From Candidatus Poribacteria bacterium (GTDB lineage Bacteria; Poribacteria; WGA-4E; WGA-3G), in the NCBI GenBank assembly GCA_965242965.1, contig OZ251518.1, forward strand, positions 1,824,001 through 1,888,000: DNA of 64,000 nucleotides, in the 5' to 3' direction. This document shows, in pieces, positions 9,941 through 18,939 of the stretch. Each line of letters begins with the position of its first letter. Position 1 is the first letter of the stretch. The translations under genes and the position numbers were made by a program. The notes beneath the pieces are model-generated. The model saw nothing but the letters and a program-made list of their open reading frames with translations, had not been told where the DNA came from and ran no database searches.

Positions 9941-10329
9941 ACATTTATCAGGAAGAACTACTCGATCACTACGAAAATCCGAGCAACTACGGCACGCTTC
10001 CAAACCCCGATATCTCCCACGAAGAGGATAATCCGTTGTGTGGGGACAGGATTCGGATCGATCTGCTTATTGAAAACGACATCATCAAAGAGGTGCGGTT
10101 CAGTGGACACGGTTGCACCATCAGCCTCGCCGCCGCCTCCATGTTAACAGAAGAGATTGCGGGGAAGCCCCTCGCCGAGGTAAAGCAGCTCTCGCGCGAC
10201 GATATCTTGGATATGATCGGTATTCCGCTAGGGCCCGTGCGGTTAAAATGTGCCTTGTTGCCCCTCAAAGTTCTGAAAGCCGGTGCATACGGCATCACAG
10301 CCTGGCCGGGAGAAGAGGATGTCGCGTAG
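9937..10329 (+). CDS. sufU: SufU/IscU-type sulfur-transfer scaffold
   Basis: NPLCGD, GCTISLA and RLKCALL; overlaps the sufS stop (ATGA). Confidence 0.9.
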   Translation: MNIYQEELLDHYENPSNYGTLPNPDISHEEDNPLCGDRIRIDLLIENDIIKEVRFSGHGCTISLAAASMLTEEIAGKPLAEVKQLSRDDILDMIGIPLGPVRLKCALLPLKVLKAGAYGITAWPGEEDVA

Positions 10330-10463
10330 TGGCGCAAAGCCTTCAATTAGGATAATTCGCGCGATAACGTTTGTCTGTGTAACCCGCCAAGCCTGGCAGT
10401 GACTGCCAGCCGTTTGACGTTGTCAACATTGTCAATGTCAATGACTACGTTTTTAGGAAAACT

Positions 10464-10775
10464 ATGCCAGAATTTTACAAAGTAGCGAAAGTGAGTGAGG
10501 TGCCGCCGGGCACCAAAAAACCGGCCGAGGTAGATTTCGTCCCCGTGCTACTCTTCAACGTTGAGGGCGAATTCTATGCGATGGAAGACGTTTGCACGCA
10601 TGACGGCGGACCGCTCGGCGAAGGCTGGTTCAGCGGCGACGAAATTGAATGTCCACGCCACGGGGCGCGGTTTTGCGTCACGACCGGCGAACCTCGCTGC
10701 ATGCCCGCCGTTGAAGCAGTAGAATGTTACGCTGTCAAAGTTGAGGGTGACGATATCCTCGTCAGCGTGGATTAA
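10464..10775 (+). CDS. Rieske-type [2Fe-2S] ferredoxin
   Basis: CTH...ECPRHGARF. Confidence 0.92.
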   Translation: MPEFYKVAKVSEVPPGTKKPAEVDFVPVLLFNVEGEFYAMEDVCTHDGGPLGEGWFSGDEIECPRHGARFCVTTGEPRCMPAVEAVECYAVKVEGDDILVSVD

Positions 10776-10836
10776 CACCCCAACGTAACCGTATGACAGG
10801 GACTTGTCCGTTGTCATGCCAGTTGGAGGAAATAAC

Positions 10837-11136
10837 ATGGTATCCGAAGAATCCGTATTAGAGTCAATCAAGCAAATTATCGACCCGGAAATCGGCATCA
10901 ACATCGTTGACATGGGACTTATCTACGGCGTTGACATCAACGATACGACTGTCGATATCACGATGACCTTGACGAGTCCTGCCTGTCCTGCCGGCGGCCA
11001 AATTGTCAACGGCGCGCAGCACGTCGCGCAACAAATGGACGGCGTTGACGAGGTGAACGTGAGTGTCGTCTGGACACCGCGTTGGAGCATGGAAATGATG
11101 AGCGAGGACGCGAAGGACGAACTCGGCATCTTTTAG
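10837..11136 (+). CDS. sufT: DUF59/SufT-family Fe-S assembly protein
   Basis: IDPEIGINIVDMGL and MTLTSPACP; GGAGG RBS. Confidence 0.9.
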   Translation: MVSEESVLESIKQIIDPEIGINIVDMGLIYGVDINDTTVDITMTLTSPACPAGGQIVNGAQHVAQQMDGVDEVNVSVVWTPRWSMEMMSEDAKDELGIF

Positions 11137-11328
11137 GTTTTCGTAGTGGCGCAAGGCGTTCGGATACGTCTTCTGTGCGTACGTCTTCTGTGCAACGACG
11201 CTTTCGTCCTAGCACTGCCCGGTTGCGCCTCTCGCAAGATTGTGAGAGGCGTTCAACGTAAGTTTGCATCCTTGTTGTTGCATGCCGCGTGCCTAGTGCC
11301 CAGTTTTTCTACCGATGCAATGTTAGCA

Positions 11329-11697
11329 ATGCCCAGCAAACAGCCCAAAACCCTCAAGAAGCATGACACTGCCTTCCAGATTGTATGGAAGGACGCGCAC
11401 GTCAGTTGGTATCCGTATCCTTACCTGCGGCAGATGTGCCCGTGCGCCGAATGCGCTATCATCAGGCATAGGGGACAAGATATCCATTCCCTCTTTTCGC
11501 CGCAAGGTGATGGCGATGTAACGCTAATTGAGGTGAGAGCCGATATTCAGCCGTTGGATATCCAACTCGTCGGCCGCTATGCGCTTCAATTCAGTTGGAA
11601 CGATGGACACGCTTCCGGCATTTATCCGTTTGACGTGCTGCGCGAGATTTGTCCGTGTCCCGACTGCGCCCCTCAGGCATCATCAAACTCATCGTAG
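11329..11697 (+). CDS. DUF971 / GBBH-N-like domain protein
   Basis: LRQMCPCAEC...VGRYALQFSWNDGHASGIY; start uncertain. Confidence 0.85.
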   Translation: MPSKQPKTLKKHDTAFQIVWKDAHVSWYPYPYLRQMCPCAECAIIRHRGQDIHSLFSPQGDGDVTLIEVRADIQPLDIQLVGRYALQFSWNDGHASGIYPFDVLREICPCPDCAPQASSNSS

Positions 11698-11740
11698 CGC
11701 GGGGGCCTGTCCCCTGTCCTGCCTAAGGAAAATCCGACAA

Positions 11741-12073
11741 ATGCAAACACCACAGTTACCCGAAATTTCCCCCCGCGCCCTTAAGCAGCAGCTTGACGAA
11801 AACAAATCCGTGCTGTTGCTTGACGTGCGCGAGCCGCACGAGTATGACATCGTGCATCTTGAGGGGGCGCGTCTCATCCCGCTCAACGAACTGCCGCACA
11901 ACGTGGATAGCCTCGCGCCGACGCAAGAAACCGTTGTCTATTGCCACCACGGCACGCGCAGCCTGTATGCCACCGCTTTTTTGCTCCAGAACGGATTTGA
12001 CAACGTCAAAAACCTTGAAGGCGGTATTGACAGATGGGCACTTGAGATTGATTCAACGATGAATAGATACTAA
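11741..12073 (+). CDS. Rhodanese-like sulfurtransferase
   Basis: LLDVREPHEY, YCHHGTRS and NLEGGIDRW. Confidence 0.9.
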   Translation: MQTPQLPEISPRALKQQLDENKSVLLLDVREPHEYDIVHLEGARLIPLNELPHNVDSLAPTQETVVYCHHGTRSLYATAFLLQNGFDNVKNLEGGIDRWALEIDSTMNRY

Positions 12074-12076
12074 GCA

Positions 12077-12497
12077 GTAGGAGAGCCTTCCTGGTCTTGA
12101 AGCAACCTCCCCGTAGGAGAGACCTCCCGGTCTCGATGCAATAGGGCCCCTTTCTCGTAGGGCGAGGGCCTGTCCCTCGCCATCGTCCGCGCAAGCCAAC
12201 GCTCGCGGGGGACAGGCCCCCGCGCTACGGGAAAAAACGGTTCTTAGGTCCGTAGGACCTTAATGTCTATAGCACGCTCACCAGCGAAGAATCCTAAGGT
12301 CCTTTAGGTCCTTAATGTGTTTTGCCAGGTCTGCGCGTGTTTTTATTAAGGACCTAAAGGACCTTGACATGGGCTTAACACGTTTTTCTATAGACATGTA
12401 GGTCCTAAAGGACCTAAGACAGCATCTTGCCGATGGCCAACGCGGGGGCTTGTCCCCCGCGCTACGGGAACATCGAGATCAGGAGGTCTCTCCTACC
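12077..12497. repeat. Mosaic REP cluster including a four-module AGGTCC/GGACCT block (12244-12418)
   Basis: Several palindrome families, read directly from the sequence. Confidence 0.85.
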
Positions 12498-12517
12498 GGG
12501 GAAAAGGAGAATTAACA

Positions 12518-13975
12518 ATGCGAATCATGCCTGAATTGAATAGCCTCCACTACGGCGATAACCTCCACATCATGCGCACATGGCGCGACGGATGGGTGGA
12601 CATCGCTTACGCCGATCCGCCGTTTAACAGCAAGGCGAACTATAACCAACTCTATCGTGTTGAAACCGATACCAAGAGCGGAAATCCCCGCTCCGCCTCC
12701 CTCAAAGCGTTTGAGGATACATGGACATGGGGCGCACCCGCAGTTGAACGCGTGCAACGCATTACAAATGCCCCGGCACATCCCGCCTATAAAGCCATCA
12801 CCGCGCTTCATATCCTCCTCGGAGACAGCGGCATGATGGCGTATCTGAGTTATATGGCGGAACGCCTTGTTGAAATCCACCGCCTCCTCAAACCCACGGG
12901 GAGTCTCTATCTCCATTGTGATAACACCGCGGGAGCGCATCTCCAGATTTTGTTGGATGACATCTTCGGGCCCAAGCAGTTTCGGAATGCGATTCGGTGG
13001 TGCTATTCTAACAGCGGCCGTTCAAAACGGTTTTTCGTCAAGAAGCACGATACTGTCTTCCTCTATACCAAAACCGACGCGGCGTATTGGGGAGATTACC
13101 GGATACCGATTAGCGACGAATATCTGGAAAGTCATTATCGGCATGTTGACGAACAAGGACGCAGATGCCGCGTTCGCGTTGACGCTGGGCAAACGCGAGT
13201 CTACTATCCCGAAGAGGGAATGACGTGCAACGATTGGTGGACAGATATTCCTTCCCTGAATTCTGTCGCGAAGGAGCGGCTGGGATATCCGACACAGAAG
13301 CCGGTCGCGTTGCTGGAACGCATCATTGCGGCTTCGTCGAGAGAAGGCGACATTGTGCTGGATCCGTTTTGTGGCTGCGGCACGACAGTCGTCGCCGCGG
13401 ATACCCTGAAGCGGCAGTGGGTTGGCGTGGACATCAACCCGATCGCGCTGGATATTATCAAAACGCATCGGTTTCCGGGACGCGACATTCCGATAACAGG
13501 TATCCCTGCGGATTTTGCGAGTGCGGAACGGCTAGCGCAGGAGAATCGTCGTCATTTTGAGATATGGGCTATCGGCTGTGTGCCGGGCCTCGCGCCGAAC
13601 GAGCGCGGCGGTGCCGACGGTGGGATTGACGGTGTCGGTAACACCGTCGAGAAACCGGCGGCTGGATTCAAACCGTTGGTGCTTGCGCAAGTGAAGAGCG
13701 GCAAGTTTTCGCTGAGTCATCTCCGTGATTTTCTGCACGTGATAGAACGCGAAAAGGCCGCCCTGGGGATTTACCTGACGCTGTTTCCGGTGACATCTCC
13801 TAGCGCGGCGGCAGAGATAGCCAACAAAGGCACAGTTGTTATCGGCACGGAGACGTTTCCGCGCGTGCAATGCTATTCAATGTCGGAGCATTTTGATGGG
13901 CAGCGTGGCAGGTTGCAGTTGCCGCAGTTGACAGATCCGTATACGGGAAAACCGTTGCAAAATCTGTTGTGGTAG
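12518..13975 (+). CDS. N4/N6 DNA methyltransferase fused to a C-terminal Mrr-like PD-(D/E)XK domain
   Basis: DPPF catalytic motif, YPTQKP, LDPFCGCGTT SAM motif; C-terminal ADGGIDG...AQVKSG. Confidence 0.85.
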   Translation: MRIMPELNSLHYGDNLHIMRTWRDGWVDIAYADPPFNSKANYNQLYRVETDTKSGNPRSASLKAFEDTWTWGAPAVERVQRITNAPAHPAYKAITALHILLGDSGMMAYLSYMAERLVEIHRLLKPTGSLYLHCDNTAGAHLQILLDDIFGPKQFRNAIRWCYSNSGRSKRFFVKKHDTVFLYTKTDAAYWGDYRIPISDEYLESHYRHVDEQGRRCRVRVDAGQTRVYYPEEGMTCNDWWTDIPSLNSVAKERLGYPTQKPVALLERIIAASSREGDIVLDPFCGCGTTVVAADTLKRQWVGVDINPIALDIIKTHRFPGRDIPITGIPADFASAERLAQENRRHFEIWAIGCVPGLAPNERGGADGGIDGVGNTVEKPAAGFKPLVLAQVKSGKFSLSHLRDFLHVIEREKAALGIYLTLFPVTSPSAAAEIANKGTVVIGTETFPRVQCYSMSEHFDGQRGRLQLPQLTDPYTGKPLQNLLW

Positions 13976-13997
13976 TCGCTGAGATCCAATTCAACCG

Positions 13998-14866
13998 GTA
14001 GGAGAGATCTCCTGGTCTCGATGTTGTTATCGGGACAAGGATGTCCCTCCTACCAGAAGCGATGCCCCGTAGGCGAGACCTCCTGGTCTCGATGCAATAG
14101 GGCCCCTTCATCGTAGGGCGAGGGCCTGTCCCTCGCCGTGCCTCGATCAGAACGAGAAACGGCCTTGGGCGGCGGGTGGTTTTCGCGCGGGTCGGGCGCT
14201 CGCGGGGGACAGGCCCCCGCGCTACGGGCCCGGAAAGGGTTCTCCTCGCTATGCCCCGTTCGGGATCAGGCGATCCCGAACTACAGTCTCCTCAAGGTCT
14301 GTAAGACCTTAATGTCTATAGTTCGCGCAGACCGCCAAGTCCTCAAGGTCCTTTAGGACCTTAATGTTTTCTGCGGCGGTGCATCTGCTGCCTATTAAGG
14401 ACCTAAAGGACCTTAGCGTTTTTTTCGGTCGGCGGGTGACTATAGACATGCAGGACCTAAAGGACCTGAAGAGATGTTTTCATGGGTGCGCTCGCGGGGG
14501 ACAGGCCCCCGCGCTACGGTTTGCCATGCCGCCTTCTTTCACCGTAGGGCTTGGGCCCTCGGATGCCACACGCGCAGGCGAGCGGGTTTCCCTCGCCGTG
14601 CCTCGGTCAGCACGGGAAACGGCCTTGGATGGCGGGTGGTTTTCGCGCAGATCGAGCACTCGCGGGGGACAGGCCCCCGCGCTACGGTGAAAAAACGGCA
14701 CGTCACCGTAGGGCGAGGGCCTGTCCCTCGCCGTGCCTCGGTCAGCACGGGAAACGGCCTTGGATGGCGGGTGGTTTTCGCGCAGGTCGAGCGATCGCGG
14801 GGGACAGGCCCCCGCACTACGATGAAGGGGCCCCTATTGCATCGAGACCGGGAGGTCTCTCCTACC
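13998..14866. repeat. Large BIME-like mosaic of REP families
   Basis: About 870 bp composed almost entirely of GTAG palindromes and linkers. Confidence 0.85.
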
Positions 14867-14950
14867 GGAAAAAACGAGAACAGTTGCATTTTTACGGAAC
14901 TTCTGCGATACTCTACCCCATCACAAACAGGAACCGATAGGAGTTGCAAC

Positions 14951-16474
14951 ATGAAACGATTGACGATACTGCTCATAAGTTACGCGCTGTTTTGCACACA
15001 ACCCTTCGCGCGCGCAGAGGTGACATTGCCGAACATTTTCGGCGATAACATGGTGCTGCAACGCGACATGCCTGTCCCAATCTGGGGATGGGCAGCCGCA
15101 GGTGAAGAAGTTGCAGTCACGCTGAAAGACACTGGCCACACCGCGAAGACGACAGCAGACGCGAAAGGGAATTGGCAGGCAAAACTGCCAGCCATGTCAG
15201 CCGGTGGGCCCTATACCCTGCACATCGCCGCCAGCAATACGTTTGAATTGACGAACGTGATGTTCGGCGAAGTGTGGATATGTTCTGGGCAATCAAACAT
15301 GGAATGGCCGGTGCGTGCTTCCAAGGATAGCGAGGCAGAAATCGCAGCGGCGGATTATCCAATGATTCGGCTGTTCAATGTGCCACACAAAGCCTCCGGC
15401 TTGTTGATGCCTGATGTTGAGGCAGAATGGCATCCTACCACACCGGAAACTATCAAAAACTTCTCCGCTGTCGCCTATACTTTTGGACGGAAACTTTACA
15501 AAAACCTCGATGTGCCTATCGGGTTAATCAACACATCGTGGGGTGGCACGCGCATCGAGCCGTGGACACCCCCGGTAGGTTTCAATTCGGTGCCTGCGCT
15601 GGAATCTATTTCCAAGGAACTCCAAGATACTCACGCGAGATATCGGGCTGAACTTCCAGAGAAAATGGCGCAGATTGAAGCCTGGATAGCGGAAGCGCGC
15701 AAGGCTTTGGAGACAGGCGAAGCCATCACGCCGATGCCGGACAATCGACATCCGTTAACGCATTACGCCCGGCCGACAGGGCTTTACAACGGGATGGTGC
15801 ATCCGCTCGTCCCCTTTGCGATGCGCGGCGCGATCTGGTATCAAGGCGAATCCAACTTGAGAGACAGAATGCTCTACCACGAAAAAATGAAGGCACTCAT
15901 CAACGGGTGGCGCGCGGTTTGGAAACAAGGCGACTTTCCTTTCTATTTCGTCCAACTCGCTCCGTTCACCTACGGCGGAGGTGCCAGTCCCTACTTCCTG
16001 CCAGAAATCTGGGAGGCACAAACGGCGACGTTATCGGTGCCGAATACCGGCATGGCGGTAACAACCGATATCGGTAATTTGCGAGACATCCACCCGCGTA
16101 ATAAGCAGGAAGTCGGCAGACGACTCGCGCTGTGGGCACTTGCCAAGACTTACGGCAGAGAAGACGTTACCTATTCCGGCCCGCTTTACAAATCAATGGA
16201 AGTCGATAGGAACACCGTCCGCATCAGTTTTGATTTTATCGGCGGCGGCTTGATGGCGCGCGATGCCGAACCTCTCACATGGTTTGAGATTGCCGGCGAG
16301 GATAAAAACTTCGTCACAGCCGATGCGACGATTGAGGGAGACACCGTCGTCGTTTGGTGTGACGCGGTGGCTCAGCCTGTCGCTGTTCGATTCGGCTGGC
16401 ATCAAACGGCAGAACCGAATCTGATAAACAAGGCAGGGTTACCAGCCTCGCCGTTTCGGACGCATCCGTGGTAG
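14951..16474 (+). CDS. Sialate O-acetylesterase (SASA domain), secreted
   Basis: Signal peptide; GEVWICSGQSNM, WYQGESN and DIHP motifs; true start MKRLTILL after GGAG. Confidence 0.9.
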   Translation: MKRLTILLISYALFCTQPFARAEVTLPNIFGDNMVLQRDMPVPIWGWAAAGEEVAVTLKDTGHTAKTTADAKGNWQAKLPAMSAGGPYTLHIAASNTFELTNVMFGEVWICSGQSNMEWPVRASKDSEAEIAAADYPMIRLFNVPHKASGLLMPDVEAEWHPTTPETIKNFSAVAYTFGRKLYKNLDVPIGLINTSWGGTRIEPWTPPVGFNSVPALESISKELQDTHARYRAELPEKMAQIEAWIAEARKALETGEAITPMPDNRHPLTHYARPTGLYNGMVHPLVPFAMRGAIWYQGESNLRDRMLYHEKMKALINGWRAVWKQGDFPFYFVQLAPFTYGGGASPYFLPEIWEAQTATLSVPNTGMAVTTDIGNLRDIHPRNKQEVGRRLALWALAKTYGREDVTYSGPLYKSMEVDRNTVRISFDFIGGGLMARDAEPLTWFEIAGEDKNFVTADATIEGDTVVVWCDAVAQPVAVRFGWHQTAEPNLINKAGLPASPFRTHPW

Positions 16475-16477
16475 TCA

Positions 16478-17423
16478 TCGTAGGGAGGGCCCTCGCATGC
16501 CCTGGGGCACGCGGGCGATCGCGGGGGACAGGCCCCCGCGCTACGGTAGGTGAGGCCGTCTCCGTTTCACCGTAGGGCGAGGGCCTGTCCCTCGCCATGC
16601 CTCGATCGGAACGGAAACGGCGTTGATCGGCGTGCGGTTTTTGCCCGGGTCGAGCACTCGCGGGGGACAGGCCCCCGCGCTACGGGCCCGGAAAGGGTTC
16701 TCCTCGCTATGCGCCGTTCGGGAGCAGGCACTCCCGAACTACAGTCGCCTCAAGGTCCGTAAGACCTTAATGTCTATAGCACGCGCGGATGCAATACCCC
16801 TCAAGGTCCGTAGGACCTTAATGTTTTCCTGCTGCGATGCGGCTGCTGCAGATTAAGGACCTAAAGGACCTTAGTTTTTTCGGTCGGGATTACTATAGAC
16901 ATGCAGGACCTAAAGGACCTAAAGAGATGTTTTCACGGGGGCGATCGCGGGGGCCTGTCCCCCGCGCTACGATGAAAAAACGTGCCGATTACCGTAGGGC
17001 GAGGGCCTGTCCCTCGCCGTGCCTCGGTTGAGGAAACGGCCTTGGCTGGCTGGCGGTTTTCGCTGCAGGTCGGGCGATCACGGGGGACAGGCCCCCGCGC
17101 TACGGGCCAGGAAGGGTTCTCCTCGCCATGCCCCGTTCGGGATCAGGCGATCCCGAACTACAGTCTCTCTTAGGTCCGTAGGACCTTAATGTCTATAGCA
17201 CGCCGATGCGGTACCTCTCAAGGTCCGTAGGACCTTAATGTTTTCCGGCGTTGTGTCTGTTGTCTATTAAGGACCTAAAGGACCTTAGTGTTTTTTTTCG
17301 GTCGAGGGTGCTATAGACATGCAGGTCCTAACGGACCTGAAGAGATGAGAGATCGCGGGGGCCTGTCCCCCGCGCTACGATAAAAACGCCCCTCACCGTA
17401 GGGCGAGGGCCTGTCCCTCGCCA
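16478..17423. repeat. Tandem pair of ~400-bp REP mosaic units
   Basis: Units 16572-16970 and 16994-17378 have the same module order as 14113-14517. Confidence 0.85.
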
Positions 17424-17465
17424 AGCAACTCAGGATAACCTTTACGCATTGGGAATAACAAAAAA

Positions 17466-18608
17466 ATGAAAATTACCGCTATCAAAACCTTTATGGCGCG
17501 CTTCGGGAATCGTCCGCGGGGGCTTATCAAGGTTGAAACTGATGAGGGACTTTATGGCTGGGGCGAGGCATATTCCACAGGTCCCGATCTTTCCGTCGCG
17601 CCCATCGCCGACTACATCTTTGAAATGATTCAAGGCGATGACCCGAGGCGCATCGAGTATATCATGCTGAAACTGCATCAGCAGTTCCGTTTTCCACCGG
17701 GTGGTGCCGGGCTCGCCGTTATTTCCGCCGTAGATCACGCGCTGTGGGATATCAGCGGGAAGGCGGCGGGATTGCCAGTCTACATGCTCCTCGGTGGCCA
17801 TGCCCGCGACAGGGTGCGCGTCTACCGGAGCATCGGCGGCAGAGACGGCATTGAAGCAGCAGACCAGGCGCGCAAACTGAACGAAGAATGGGGATTCACC
17901 GCCTTTAAGACGAGCCCTTATCAACTCAATCCGGATGCAGACAGATGGGGGCGCGTTTGCGCAGCAGCGGCGAACTATTTTGAGGAACTCCGAGACTGCA
18001 CGCCTGATGATTGGGAGTTCGCGTTCGATCCGCATGCGAAAATCTTCGAGCCGATCCGTGCGTTGCAGCTTGCCAACGCGCTTGCACCGTATGACCCCTA
18101 TTTTTACGAGGAGCCGCTCCGTCCCGAACATATACCGGCATGGAAACGGCTGAGGGAACAGATGCAGGTGCCGCTCGCCACCGGCGAATCGCTCTACACC
18201 CGCTTTGAATTTCTCTCTCTGATTGCAGCGCAGGGTGCAGACATTATCCAACCCGATGTTTGCGTGTGTGGCGGATTGCTAGAGATGCGCAAAATCGCCG
18301 CAATCGCCGAGGCACACTATGTCAGCGTCGCGCCGCACAACCCCATGGGACCACTGGCGACAGCCGTCAACGTCCATTTTGCCGCAGCAACGCCGAACTT
18401 CAAAATCCTCGAATACCTTCTGCCGACAGAAACGGAATGGAACGCGTGGGTAGATGAACCCTATCTGCCGAAAGATGGATATTTGGAACTGCGCGAGCGG
18501 CCGGGGCTCGGCGTAGAGATAAACGAATCGGCGATTACAGACAACGAGTATATCCATTGGCAGCGGACATGTCCAATTCGGCCCGATGGTTCAACTGGGT
18601 ATATTTAG
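17466..18608 (+). CDS. Mandelate racemase/muconate lactonizing (galactonate dehydratase-like) enolase-superfamily enzyme
   Basis: ETDEGLYGWGE, ALWDISGK, FYEEP, ATGE, QPD and APHN motifs. Confidence 0.9.
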   Translation: MKITAIKTFMARFGNRPRGLIKVETDEGLYGWGEAYSTGPDLSVAPIADYIFEMIQGDDPRRIEYIMLKLHQQFRFPPGGAGLAVISAVDHALWDISGKAAGLPVYMLLGGHARDRVRVYRSIGGRDGIEAADQARKLNEEWGFTAFKTSPYQLNPDADRWGRVCAAAANYFEELRDCTPDDWEFAFDPHAKIFEPIRALQLANALAPYDPYFYEEPLRPEHIPAWKRLREQMQVPLATGESLYTRFEFLSLIAAQGADIIQPDVCVCGGLLEMRKIAAIAEAHYVSVAPHNPMGPLATAVNVHFAAATPNFKILEYLLPTETEWNAWVDEPYLPKDGYLELRERPGLGVEINESAITDNEYIHWQRTCPIRPDGSTGYI

Positions 18609-18637
18609 GTTAATCGGTCTCTCCCACTCCCTCCCCG

Positions 18638-18927
18638 GTAGGCGCGACCTCCTGGTCTCGATGTTCCCGTAGCGCGGGGGCCTGTCCCCCGCGATCGTTG
18701 GATTGCGCCGACGATGGCGAGGGACAGGCCCTCGCCCTACGGTGAAGGGGAAGCGTTTTTTTTCATCGTAGCGCGGGGGCCTGTCCCCCGCGATCTCCAT
18801 CGTCATGATGTGTGTTTCCCATGCTGTAGTTTGTGATCGCCCGATCACAAACGGGACCCGATGCCCTCCCCGGTAGGCGCGACCTCCCGGTCTCGATGCA
18901 ATAGGACAAACCTCCCAGTCCCGATGC
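18638..18927. repeat. REP mosaic between convergent genes
   Basis: Several GTAG palindrome families. Confidence 0.85.
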
Positions 18928-18939
18928 AAACAGAAAACA

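Noticed and set aside
14474-14950. 159-aa N-terminal extension of the sialate esterase in the ORF track
   Set aside because: It is translated REP mosaic; the signal peptide and RBS support a start at 14951.
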